Below, in pieces: positions 9,597-18,899 of a stretch of 58,347 bases of DNA (position 1 is the stretch's first letter; each line of letters begins with the position of its first letter). The notes beneath the pieces were generated by a model. It had not been told where the DNA came from. It was given only the letters and a program-made list of their open reading frames with translations, and ran no database searches. The position numbers were made by a program, and so were the translations under genes. The stretch covers positions 1 to 58,347 of the forward strand of contig JBDRQD010000038.1 of the NCBI GenBank assembly GCA_043826455.1, in the 5' to 3' direction. The DNA is from Candidatus Bathyarchaeota archaeon. Its GTDB lineage: Archaea > Thermoproteota > Bathyarchaeia > TCS64.

Positions 9597-10658
9597 ATGA
9601 GCGTGACCCTGAACATTGTGACGGCGGTGGGTATCCTGGCCGAGCTGGTGGCTGCCAGCAGGAGAGCCCTGCGGGAGAGCAGCCTGGCCCTACTGTCCCC
9701 CATGATGATATCCAGCGAGCTGGAGGCCCTGTCAGACCGCCTGGACCGGCTCATGCTCATGGGGGACAGGGAGAGGGCCGCCGAGGAGCTTGAGCGTTTC
9801 GGGGTGCCCCTGCGGGGCCCCGGCCAGCCGCTGAAGCAGATAGAGTCGGCGGAGAGCTACCTTCTCCAGAGGTTCGACGACAGGTACAACGAGCTCATCC
9901 ACTACATGCCCGAGAACCTGTCGGCGTTCTTCAGGCTCTGGAGGCAGACCTGGGACGCCGAGAACCTAAAGATACTGTTCAGGTGCATAGTGAAGAGCGT
10001 GCCCTACGAGCTCAGGCGCAGCTCCATAGGGCCCACGGGCAACATAGGTAAGGAGACGCTGTACTCGTTGGCCATGTCCAGGAGGCCCCGGGAGTACATC
10101 GCCAGGGTCTTCAGCCTACTGTCGAGGGAGATGGTGCTCAGCATCGGCGCCGTGGAAGAGCCAGATGTGGACGCTTTCGACGTGGCCCTGGACAGGGCCT
10201 ACGTAGGCTACCTAGAGGCCCGGGTGGGCGAGCTCAGACTCAAGGACCCGGAGGCGGCGTGGAGGGCCATCGCCGGTGAGTACGAGTACAGAGACATCAT
10301 CAACATGGCACGGCTGAAGAAGGCCGGTCTCGGAGAGGCTATCATAAGGTCAAACCTGGTCCTCCACAGGTCCATTCTCACGGAGAGCCAGTACGAGGCC
10401 CTCATCAAGGCCAGGGACTATGAGAACTTTTACCACGTGTTGCTGACCGCGGAGTACAGCGAGGCGCTCCCCCATAAAACCGTGCTGGAGCCCCCCAAGT
10501 TATCGGAGAGCCTCCAGAACCTGAGGCTCTCCCGGTACCTCAGGTCCCTCAGGGTGGACGAGGAGGAGGACTTCATAATAAGGTCCATGATAGGCGTCCA
10601 CCACAGCCTCGACGCCATAAGGCGCAGAGCCATCTACCCCCTGGAGGCGACGCTGTGA
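9597..10658 (+). CDS. atpC: A-type ATP synthase subunit C (d), divergent
   Basis: 'WDAENLKILFR', 'DVALDRAY', 'DIINMARLK' remnants; operon position between E and F. Confidence 0.7.
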   Translation: MSVTLNIVTAVGILAELVAASRRALRESSLALLSPMMISSELEALSDRLDRLMLMGDRERAAEELERFGVPLRGPGQPLKQIESAESYLLQRFDDRYNELIHYMPENLSAFFRLWRQTWDAENLKILFRCIVKSVPYELRRSSIGPTGNIGKETLYSLAMSRRPREYIARVFSLLSREMVLSIGAVEEPDVDAFDVALDRAYVGYLEARVGELRLKDPEAAWRAIAGEYEYRDIINMARLKKAGLGEAIIRSNLVLHRSILTESQYEALIKARDYENFYHVLLTAEYSEALPHKTVLEPPKLSESLQNLRLSRYLRSLRVDEEEDFIIRSMIGVHHSLDAIRRRAIYPLEATL

Positions 10659-10927
10659 AGATAGCGTGCGTGGGCGACAGGCTGAGCCTGCTGGGTATGG
10701 GACTCGCTGGGGTCAAGAGGCTTGTCATCGTGGAGGAAGGGGAGGACGCGAGGGACAAGATCAAGGAGCTGGCATCCGCCGACGAGTACGGGCTGGTGCT
10801 GGTCACCTCAAACATTTACAGCCAGGTGGAGGAGACGGTTCGGGAGCTGGAGGCAGCCGCCTCGCTCCCCGTCTTCCTTCAGATACCTGAGATGAGGCTG
10901 CTGGTAGGAGTGAGGGAGGTTGAGTGA
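10655..10927 (+). CDS. atpF: A-type ATP synthase subunit F
   Basis: 'KIACVGD...GMGLAGV...LPVFLQIP'. Confidence 0.88.
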   Translation: MKIACVGDRLSLLGMGLAGVKRLVIVEEGEDARDKIKELASADEYGLVLVTSNIYSQVEETVRELEAAASLPVFLQIPEMRLLVGVREVE

Positions 10928-12704
10928 GGACACCAGCATAGGAAGAGTCGAGGGCATCTCGGGGCCCGTGGTCTTCGGGGAGATAGACCCAGCCGTGGAC
11001 CTCATGATGAACGAGATGGTGGACGTGGGGGGGCGGAGGCTCATCGGGGAGGTCTCCCGCATCACTGGGGACCGGGCCACCATACAGGTCTACGAGGAGA
11101 CGGAGGGCCTCAGGCGCAACGAGCCCATATACCGTTCGGGGCAGCTGCTATACGTGAAGCTGGGCCCCGGCCTCATAGGCTCCATATATGACGGCCTCCA
11201 GAGGCCCCTCACCGCCATCAAGGAGCTCCACGGGGAGTACATCCCCCCGGGGGTAAGGCTACCCAAGCTGCCTGAGAGAAAGTGGCTGTTCCACCCCAGG
11301 GTTAAACTGGACAACACTGTGGGGCCCGGGGACGTGGTCGGCGTCGTCTACGAGGGTGAGTTCTTCGAGCACAGGGTCATGGTCCCCCACGGGGTCTCGG
11401 GTCAGGTCATCTACGTGGCCGAGGAGGGGGAATATGGTGTGGATGACGTGGTCGCCCGCGTCCAGGGCCTCAGGGGCTACCACCCGGTGACCATGTCCCA
11501 CCTCTGGCCAGTGAAGCGGCCTAGGCCCTACCTCCACAAGCACACGGTGTCCGAGCCCCTGGTCACTGGGACCAGGGTCCTGGACACAATACTGCCTGTG
11601 AGCAAGGGCGGCACCGTGGCGGTGGCCGGCGGCTTCGGCACCGGCAAGACGGTGCTCCTGGCCCAGCTCCTAAAGACAATAAACGTGGACGTGGTGGTCT
11701 ACGTGGGATGCGGGGAGAGGGGTAACGAGATAGCCGACCTCCTGAAGAAGGTACCCAGTATAAGGGACAGGAGGAGGGGCCTGCCCCTCATCAACCGCAC
11801 AGTCATCATAGCCAACACCTCCAACATGCCCGTGGCGGCCAGGGAGGCCAGCGTCTACACGGGCGCCGCCATCAGCGAGTTCTACAGGGACATGGGCTAC
11901 GAGGTGGCCCTCATAGTGGACTCCACCAGCAGGTGGGCCGAGGCCCTGAGGGAGCTCTCATCCAGGCAGGGGGAGATACCTGGGGAGGCCGGGTACCCGC
12001 CCTACCTAGCGTCCAGGCTGGGTGAGTTCTACGGCAGAGCCGGAAACGTGCACTGCCTGGGCGGGGACAGGGAGGGGAGCCTCACCATCATCGCCGCCGT
12101 CTCACCCACAGGCGGAGACCTCTCAGAGCCGGTGACCCAGAAGACCATGCAGATCGTGAGAGCTTTCTGGGCCCTGGACCCGGAGCTGGCGTACAGGCGC
12201 CACTACCCGGCCATCAACGTGATGCAGAGCTTCTCCCACTACGTGGACACGGTGGAGCCCTTCTGGGTTAGCCAGGTGGGCCAGAACTGGATGCAGGTGA
12301 GGAACAGCGCCCTGGAGCTGTACGCCGAGAAGATTGAGGTGGAGCGCATAGTGAGGCTGGTGGGCACGGGGGCCCTATCGGCGGAGGAGCAGATACTGTT
12401 GAAGAACGCGGAGCTGCTGGAGGACATGTTCCTGAAGCAGTCCGCCATGGACACAGTGGATAACTACAACTCCGCAGAGAAGCAGTTCCAGCTAATGAAC
12501 CTGGTGCTGCTGCTCCACGAGAAGGACATAGAGGCCATCAAGGGCGGGGTCCCCGCGGAGGCCCTGCTGGGCTCCAGCCTAAGGAAGGACATACGGGAGA
12601 TCAAGACCATGTCCGACGCGGACATGAACAGGGCCTACTGGAGGATGAGGGGCAGGATGAACCTGTTCTATCTTCGGCTGAGAAGGGAGTTCAGGAGCCA
12701 GTGA
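10920..12704 (+). CDS. atpA: A-type ATP synthase catalytic subunit A
   Basis: Walker A 'GGFGTGKT', 'GCGERGNE', 'NTSNMPVAAREAS', 'DSTSRWAEALRE'. Confidence 0.97.
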   Translation: MSEDTSIGRVEGISGPVVFGEIDPAVDLMMNEMVDVGGRRLIGEVSRITGDRATIQVYEETEGLRRNEPIYRSGQLLYVKLGPGLIGSIYDGLQRPLTAIKELHGEYIPPGVRLPKLPERKWLFHPRVKLDNTVGPGDVVGVVYEGEFFEHRVMVPHGVSGQVIYVAEEGEYGVDDVVARVQGLRGYHPVTMSHLWPVKRPRPYLHKHTVSEPLVTGTRVLDTILPVSKGGTVAVAGGFGTGKTVLLAQLLKTINVDVVVYVGCGERGNEIADLLKKVPSIRDRRRGLPLINRTVIIANTSNMPVAAREASVYTGAAISEFYRDMGYEVALIVDSTSRWAEALRELSSRQGEIPGEAGYPPYLASRLGEFYGRAGNVHCLGGDREGSLTIIAAVSPTGGDLSEPVTQKTMQIVRAFWALDPELAYRRHYPAINVMQSFSHYVDTVEPFWVSQVGQNWMQVRNSALELYAEKIEVERIVRLVGTGALSAEEQILLKNAELLEDMFLKQSAMDTVDNYNSAEKQFQLMNLVLLLHEKDIEAIKGGVPAEALLGSSLRKDIREIKTMSDADMNRAYWRMRGRMNLFYLRLRREFRSQ

Positions 12705-12705
12705 G

Positions 12706-14019
12706 ATGCTTGAGATAAGCTACAGGGCGGTGCAGGGTGTCGCGGGGCCCCTCATATTCCTCAAAGGTATACCTAACGTGTCCATCGGCGAGATAGTGCG
12801 CCTCAGCGTGGGGGATGAGCAGCGCATAGGCCAGGTCATCGAGATCAGGGGGGACGTCCAGGTCGCCCAGGTCTTCAAAGGAACATCGGGGGTGAGCAAG
12901 GAGACCACCGTCCACGTCACCGGAGAGATAATGAAGACGCTCGTCTCGGATGACATGTTCGGCAGAATCTTCGACGGCTTCGGCAAGCCCATAGACGGCA
13001 AGCCTCCTCTGAGAAGCGGTAAACGGATGGAGGTGTCCGGGGCCCCCATCAACCCCACGGCCAGGGCCTACCCTCAGGAGTTCATAGAGACAGGTATCTC
13101 AGCCATAGACGGTCTTTTCAGCTTGGTGAGGGGCCAGAAGCTGCCCGTCTTCTCGGGGAGCGGGCTGCCCCACAACCAACTGATAGCCCAGATAGTGCGC
13201 CAGGCCAGGATACCGGGCCAGGAGGAGGGGTTTGGCGTCATCCTGGCCGGCATAGGGGTAAACGCGGAGGAGGCCGAGTTCTTCAGGAGAAGCTTCCAGA
13301 GCAAGGAGGTCATGAAGCGGACCATCGTCTTCATGAACCTCATGAGTGACCCCACCATAGAGAGGCTCATCACCCCAAGGATCGCCCTTACGGCTGCGGA
13401 GTACCTGGCCTTTGAGAAGGGGTACCATATTCTGGTTCTGCTCACGGACATGACCAACTACTGTGAGGCCCTGAGGGAGGTCTCCATGGCCAGGGGTGAG
13501 ACCCCGGCGAGGAGGGGCTACCCCGGCTACATGTACACGGACCTTGCCTCACTGTATGAGCGTAGCGGACGCATCGTGGGGAAGCAGGGCTCCATCACCA
13601 CCATACCCGTCATATCCATGCCTGACTACGACATCACCCACCCCATCCCGGACCTCACGGGCTTCATCACGGAGGGCCAGATTGTGCTGAGCCAGGAGAT
13701 GCACATCAAGAACATCTACCCGCCCCTAGACATCCTTCCGTCCCTGTCCAGGCTCATGAAGGACGGCGTGGGCGCGGGCACCACCCGGGGCGACCACCTG
13801 AAGGTCTCAGACGCCGTCTACTCGGCCTACGCCAGGGGGAAGAACGCCATGGACCTGTCCCTGATAATGGGGGAGGAGACCCTCACCAGGGAGGAGAGGA
13901 ACTTCCTGGCCTTCGCCGAGAGCCTGGAGCGCCGCTTCATCAGGCAGGGCGGAACAGAGCACAGGGCCATCAACGAGACCCTTGACCTGGCCCAAGAGCT
14001 GCTGAAGAGCTTGGAGTGA
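12706..14019 (+). CDS. atpB: A-type ATP synthase subunit B
   Basis: 'RGQKLPVFSGSGLPHN', 'RRGYPGYMYTDLASLYER', 'THPIPDLTGFITEGQ'. Confidence 0.97.
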   Translation: MLEISYRAVQGVAGPLIFLKGIPNVSIGEIVRLSVGDEQRIGQVIEIRGDVQVAQVFKGTSGVSKETTVHVTGEIMKTLVSDDMFGRIFDGFGKPIDGKPPLRSGKRMEVSGAPINPTARAYPQEFIETGISAIDGLFSLVRGQKLPVFSGSGLPHNQLIAQIVRQARIPGQEEGFGVILAGIGVNAEEAEFFRRSFQSKEVMKRTIVFMNLMSDPTIERLITPRIALTAAEYLAFEKGYHILVLLTDMTNYCEALREVSMARGETPARRGYPGYMYTDLASLYERSGRIVGKQGSITTIPVISMPDYDITHPIPDLTGFITEGQIVLSQEMHIKNIYPPLDILPSLSRLMKDGVGAGTTRGDHLKVSDAVYSAYARGKNAMDLSLIMGEETLTREERNFLAFAESLERRFIRQGGTEHRAINETLDLAQELLKSLE

Positions 14020-14672
14020 CAGCCGTGTCCAACGTGTTCGGAGCCCGGACCAGGCCCACGCGGCACGAGCTGCTGAAGCAGCAGAAGAGGCTGGGCCTAG
14101 CTAGGAGGGCCCATAAGCTCCTGGAGGAGAAGTACAGGATACTGAACATGGAGAGGGAGAAGACTCGGGAGATACTCCACCCCTTCGAGGAGAAGATGGG
14201 AAGCGACCTCCAGGAAGCCTACAGGCTACTCCTTGAAGCCCTGAGGCACTCCAGCCTCAGGAAGATACTACTGGCAGAGGCGCTGAACGAGGCCAACGAC
14301 GAGTTCTCCGTCAACTGGGTGACCATACACGGCCTCACGGCCCCCAAGTTTCAGTCCGGCGTCAAGAGGAGGAACGCCGCAGAGAGGGGCTACGGGCTGT
14401 CAACCACCGACCCCTGGATCGATGAGGCCGCCTCAGCCTTCGAGGAGACACTTGAGCTCGTGGTCTCGGTGGCCGAGACCAGAAACCTTCTCAGGATACT
14501 AGCAGAGGAGGCTGAGAAGACCCACATAAGGGTCGTGGCCCTAGAAAAGTTCCTCATCCCACAGCTGGAGAAGGAGGTGAGGAGGATAGAGCTGATCCTG
14601 CAGGAGAGGGAGCTGGAGCAGTTCGTCACCCAGAAGTGGATAAGGGAGTCGAGGCACCTGGAAGCCGACTAA
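14016..14672 (+). CDS. atpD: A-type ATP synthase subunit D
   Basis: 'RPTRHELL...ARRAHKLLEEK', 'RVVALEKFLIP'. Confidence 0.9.
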   Translation: MTAVSNVFGARTRPTRHELLKQQKRLGLARRAHKLLEEKYRILNMEREKTREILHPFEEKMGSDLQEAYRLLLEALRHSSLRKILLAEALNEANDEFSVNWVTIHGLTAPKFQSGVKRRNAAERGYGLSTTDPWIDEAASAFEETLELVVSVAETRNLLRILAEEAEKTHIRVVALEKFLIPQLEKEVRRIELILQERELEQFVTQKWIRESRHLEAD

Positions 14673-14787
14673 ACATCTGCGATGCCTCGTACTCTCGGAG
14701 ACGTGCTTCATTGGACAGTGGAGTTAGTTAAAAGCAATCCAGAAAAAACTCGCATTCTACCCAGTGACTGTCATCCCTCATCAAAAA

Positions 14788-14862
14788 TGGTGGACTGGGG
14801 GGGAATTGAACCCCCGACCTCTGCCATGCCAGGGCAGCATTCTACCACTGAACTACCAGCCC
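14788..14862 (-). tRNA. tRNA-Ala (GGC), intronless, CCA encoded
   Basis: Reverse complement GGGCTGG-TA-GTTC-AGTGGTA-GAAT-G-CTGCC-CTGGCAT-GGCAG-AGGTC-GGGGG-TTCAATT-CCCCC-CCAGTCC-A-CCA; G3:U70 alanine identity pair. Confidence 0.97.
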
Positions 14863-14966
14863 AGCCTCTCAAAGAGACCCCCGCCAGTTTCTTAAACGTT
14901 TCCTAAACTGCTGAACCCAAGCCTTTAGGAAAACAATTTAAACTTCCCCCCTACAATCGCAATGAT

Positions 14967-15926
14967 TTGAAGGTCAGCGTCGTAATCCCCGCCCTGAACG
15001 AGGAGGAGGGCATCGAGAGGTGCCTCAGAAGCATACGGCGCCAGGACCAGCAGGCGGAGCTCATACTCATCGACAACGGCAGTGTGGATCGGACCCCTGA
15101 GATCGCGAGACAGTACTGCGACAGGGTCCTTGTCAAGCCCGGGTACAGCCTCGCCGAGATGAGGGACCTGGGCGCCAGGGAGGCAGAGGGCGACATAGTT
15201 GTGACGACGGACGCTGACTGCGAGTCCCCGCCTCACTGGCTAAGGGAGCTCACCAAGCCCTTCACTGACCCCAAGGTTGTAGCTGTGGGTGGCGCCTTCA
15301 GGCCCCTCAACAGGAACCAGCTCAGCAGGTTCTACTGCTGGATGAGCGCCCTAGTCCAGGGCACCCTACACCTCTTCCAGGGCGCCAACATGGCGTACCG
15401 GAGGGACATATACCTGGAGTCCCCGGGCTACGCATCGGCCAAGAGGGCCGAGGACTGGAACCTGAGCTGGAACTTGCGGAGGTATGGTGGGACCAAGTTC
15501 ATCAGAAAGGCCTACACGTTCACCGAGATACCTTTCAACAGACAGGTGGAGTACCCGGGCGTAATGCTGAGCGGCGCCCTTATCTTACTGGGCGGCTTCC
15601 TGGGCTGGGTGAACCTGGTGGGCTTCGGCCTGGGCTACATCTTAAGCGAGGCGGCCACCTTCATCTACCGGCACCGCAGTAACCTCCGTCGCAGCCACGT
15701 AGCCCTCATTGGCCTGGTCCTCGTGTACGCCTTCCAGCAGACCCTCCCCGTGGTCAACTACATGTTCATTGCCGGTATCCTGGCGGGTGTCTTTGCCTTC
15801 CACTTTATCAGCGAGGACATAAGGCAGGGCATAGCGGACCTGAAGCTCTACAAACTCAGGAAGGAACCCGACAACAGCATAGGGGGTTTCATTAAGCGGG
15901 GGCTCATTGAGCTTCTGAGGCTGTAG
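14967..15926 (+). CDS. GT2 family glycosyltransferase with C-terminal TM segments
   Basis: 'VSVVIPALNEE', 'IDNGSVD', DxD 'TDAD', 'AEDW'. Confidence 0.9.
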   Translation: MKVSVVIPALNEEEGIERCLRSIRRQDQQAELILIDNGSVDRTPEIARQYCDRVLVKPGYSLAEMRDLGAREAEGDIVVTTDADCESPPHWLRELTKPFTDPKVVAVGGAFRPLNRNQLSRFYCWMSALVQGTLHLFQGANMAYRRDIYLESPGYASAKRAEDWNLSWNLRRYGGTKFIRKAYTFTEIPFNRQVEYPGVMLSGALILLGGFLGWVNLVGFGLGYILSEAATFIYRHRSNLRRSHVALIGLVLVYAFQQTLPVVNYMFIAGILAGVFAFHFISEDIRQGIADLKLYKLRKEPDNSIGGFIKRGLIELLRL

Positions 15927-15928
15927 CC

Positions 15929-16363
15929 GTGGGCGCCAAGAGAATTTCATTGGAGTTCACGGCCTGGGGTCACCCTAACATCAGGTGCAGCCACGGCACG
16001 ACCCTCATGGTCACCAATGACACCAACGTGTCTACCAGGGGCGACTGCGTCGCGGCTGTGGCCGCAGAGGTGGGTCTAGCTGATCTGCCAGCCGAGTTCA
16101 AGGAGGCCGCCAGGTACCACGACACCGTCATCGAGTTAACCCTAGAAGTGGGCGCCCGCAGGTTCACCGTGGCGGGGAGAGGCCACCCTGACCTGACCTA
16201 CGGCCACCCCCACGACATGGTGGCCCGGAGAAGCGGCTACACCTGCAGCCGAACCCTGATGGTGGGGGCGGATAAAGCCGCCAAGGACGTCCCAGGTGGG
16301 ATGCTGCCCTTTCTGCAGAGCTCCGACTCGGTGATCAAGGTCACCTTGACCATCAGAAGGTAG
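15929..16363 (+). CDS. DUF371 family protein
   Basis: 'GHPNI...HGTT...RGDC', 'DMVARRS...RTLMVGADKAAKD'. Confidence 0.85.
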   Translation: MGAKRISLEFTAWGHPNIRCSHGTTLMVTNDTNVSTRGDCVAAVAAEVGLADLPAEFKEAARYHDTVIELTLEVGARRFTVAGRGHPDLTYGHPHDMVARRSGYTCSRTLMVGADKAAKDVPGGMLPFLQSSDSVIKVTLTIRR

Positions 16364-16462
16364 CCATATGCAGTTGACTCGAAAGAAGCAACGCCAGGAA
16401 AAAGCCTCAGAAGGCTTTATAGCATCCAAACCATTAATTAACAATTCCCGTCCGGTGAAAAA

Positions 16463-17293
16463 ATGAGCATCAGAAGTCTCACAGTACCCGAACTAGAGGC
16501 GCTGTCCAGAAAGGTCCGCGCAGACATCCTCCGAAGCATCTACGAGGCGGGCTCGGGGCACCCCGGGGGCAGCCTCTCCTCCGTGGACATCCTGCTGACC
16601 CTCTTCTTCAACGAGATGAGGCACAACCCCGGCGACCCCAAGTGGGGCATGCGGGACAGGTTCATCCTCAGCAAGGGCCACGCCGCCCCAGCCCTCTACA
16701 CCGTGCTGGCCGAGTGCGGATACCTGCCCGAGAGCAGCCTACACACCCTCAGACTCTTCGGTAGCAGCCTCCAGGGCCACCCGGATGCCCTGAAGACCCC
16801 AGGCGTGGAAGTCTCATCAGGCAGCCTGGGCAACGGGCTCTCCGTGTCCACAGGGATAGCTGCTGCAGCCAAACTGGACGGAAAAGACATCAGGGTCTAC
16901 TGCCTCCTGGGGGACGGCGAGTGCGATGAGGGCCTGGTCTGGGAGGCAGCCATGCTGGCCCCCCATCTGAAGCTGGACAACCTCACAGCCGTCGTGGACA
17001 GGAACCGGCTGCAGATAGACGGGTGCACGGAGGATGTGGTCCGCCTGGACCCTCTGTCGGACAAGTGGAGGGCATTCAACTGGAACGTACTGGAGGTGGA
17101 CGGACACAGCTACCCCCAGCTCTTCGAGGCCTTCGGGAAGGCCAAGGAGCACAAGGGCGGACCCACGATCATAGTGGCCAAAACGGTGAAGGGTAAGGGC
17201 GTCAGCTTCATGGAGAATGTGGCCGGGTTCCACGGTAAGCCCCCCAGCAAGGAACAGCTTGACCAGGCCCTGAGGGAGCTGGAGGCTGAGTGA
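16463..17293 (+). CDS. tktA: Transketolase, N-terminal (TPP-binding) subunit
   Basis: 'SGHPGG', 'RDRFILSKGH', TPP motif 'GDGECDEG...N'. Confidence 0.95.
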   Translation: MSIRSLTVPELEALSRKVRADILRSIYEAGSGHPGGSLSSVDILLTLFFNEMRHNPGDPKWGMRDRFILSKGHAAPALYTVLAECGYLPESSLHTLRLFGSSLQGHPDALKTPGVEVSSGSLGNGLSVSTGIAAAAKLDGKDIRVYCLLGDGECDEGLVWEAAMLAPHLKLDNLTAVVDRNRLQIDGCTEDVVRLDPLSDKWRAFNWNVLEVDGHSYPQLFEAFGKAKEHKGGPTIIVAKTVKGKGVSFMENVAGFHGKPPSKEQLDQALRELEAE

Positions 17294-17294
17294 G

Positions 17295-18233
17295 TTGAGT
17301 ATGAAGGCTACGCGTGTCGTCTACGGGGAGTGGCTGGCCAAGGCAGGAGAGAAGTACCCCGACATCGTGGTCGTGGACGCGGACTTATCCGCCTCCACCA
17401 TGACTCGAGGCTTCGCGGACGCCTACCCGCGGAGGTTCTTCAACGTGGGGAGCGCCGAGCAGAACCTGGTGAGCTTCAGCGCCGGCCTTGCCCTGGGAGG
17501 AAAACGGGTTTTCACCAGCAGCTTCGCCATCTTCGAGACGGGCCGCGCATGGGACCAGGTCCGGAACGTGGTTGCCCACGACAAGCTGAACGTGGCCCTA
17601 GTGGCCAGCCACGGGGGCTTCAGCTGTGCGGCGGACGGAGCCAGCCACCAGGCACTGGAGGACATAGCCATCATGAGGGTCATACCCAACATGAAGGTGA
17701 TCATGCCCTGCGACCCGGAGGAGACAGTCAACGCCCTGAACGCCATCATGGAGACCAGCGGCCCCGTGTACATGCGGCTCCGCAGGGAGAAGGAGCCCAA
17801 CCTGGACAAGCCCTACAGTTTCAGGCTGGGCCGCGGCGAGGTCATGAGGGACGGCGGAGACGTGACCCTGGTCACCTCGGGGATGCTGGTCCTCCACTGC
17901 CTCAAGGCCGCCGAGATGCTCAAGGAGAAGGGCCTGGACGCCCGTGTGCTGAACATACATACCATCAAGCCCCTGGACGAGAATATCCTAGTCAAGGCCG
18001 CCAAGGAGACGGGCACCATTGTAACCGTGGAGGAGCACCAGGTAATCGGGGGACTGGGCGGAGCCGTATGCGAGGCCCTCTCGGAGAACAGCCCCGCGCC
18101 TGTGTACAGGCTGGGGGTCCGGGACGTCTTCGGTCAGAGCAGCAGAACCATGGATGAGCTTCTGGAGCTCCACGGGTTGACGCCGGAGAAGATCGCTGCC
18201 TCAGCCGAAAAAGTTATCAAAAAACACGGCTGA
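17295..18233 (+). CDS. tktB: Transketolase, C-terminal subunit
   Basis: 'RFFNVGSAEQ', 'DGASHQALED', 'VEEH...GGLG'. Confidence 0.95.
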   Translation: MSMKATRVVYGEWLAKAGEKYPDIVVVDADLSASTMTRGFADAYPRRFFNVGSAEQNLVSFSAGLALGGKRVFTSSFAIFETGRAWDQVRNVVAHDKLNVALVASHGGFSCAADGASHQALEDIAIMRVIPNMKVIMPCDPEETVNALNAIMETSGPVYMRLRREKEPNLDKPYSFRLGRGEVMRDGGDVTLVTSGMLVLHCLKAAEMLKEKGLDARVLNIHTIKPLDENILVKAAKETGTIVTVEEHQVIGGLGGAVCEALSENSPAPVYRLGVRDVFGQSSRTMDELLELHGLTPEKIAASAEKVIKKHG

Positions 18234-18243
18234 TCTGGTCACC

Positions 18244-18891
18244 ATGGAGTTCTACATAGACACTGCAGACGTGGCTCAGATCAAGAAGTACTGGGACATG
18301 GGCGTCATCGACGGCGTCACCACCAACCCGACACTCATCGCTAGGAGCGGCCGAAACTTCAGCGAGGTGGTCCAGGAGATCACGAGTATCGTGAAGGGGC
18401 CCATAAGCGTGGAGGCTGTGAGCACCAAAGCCGAGGACATAGTGAAGGAGAGCAAGAGGCTGGCCGAGTTCGGGGAGCACATTATAGTCAAGGTGCCCAT
18501 GACTGGTGAGGGCCTCAAGGCGGTGAAGGAGCTCACGAGGCTGGGCATCAAGACCAACGTCACCCTGGTCTTCTCGGCGTCCCAGGCCCTCCTGGCCGCC
18601 AAGGCAGGGGCCACATACGTGAGCGTCTTCGTGGGCCGTCTGGACGACAGGGGCCACGAGGGCATGGACGTGGTCTATGAGGTGTGCAGCGTCCTCTCCA
18701 ACTACGACTTGCCGACGAAGCTCATCACGGCCAGCATCAGGCACCCCAGGCATGTCATCGATGCCGCCCTAGCCGGGTCCCACGTGGCCACCGTGCCCCC
18801 CGGTATACTGGACAAGATGCTGGAGCACCCCCTCACCGATGAGGGGCTGAGGCTGTTCGCCCAGGACTGGGCCAAGGTGGACAAGACCTAA
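18244..18891 (+). CDS. tal: Transaldolase (short TalC/FSA family)
   Basis: 'DTAD', 'GVTTNPTL', Schiff-base Lys in 'VKVP', 'SVFVGRLDD'. Confidence 0.92.
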   Translation: MEFYIDTADVAQIKKYWDMGVIDGVTTNPTLIARSGRNFSEVVQEITSIVKGPISVEAVSTKAEDIVKESKRLAEFGEHIIVKVPMTGEGLKAVKELTRLGIKTNVTLVFSASQALLAAKAGATYVSVFVGRLDDRGHEGMDVVYEVCSVLSNYDLPTKLITASIRHPRHVIDAALAGSHVATVPPGILDKMLEHPLTDEGLRLFAQDWAKVDKT

Positions 18892-18899
18892 CCCAAACA

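Noticed and set aside
14788..14830. tRNA-Ala 3' end as att site for the ATP synthase region or the provirus
   Set aside because: No duplicated tRNA 3' fragment was found by eye elsewhere in the window and no integrase is adjacent.
14682..14906. 74-aa ORF across the tRNA
   Set aside because: It is the antisense reading of tRNA-Ala.
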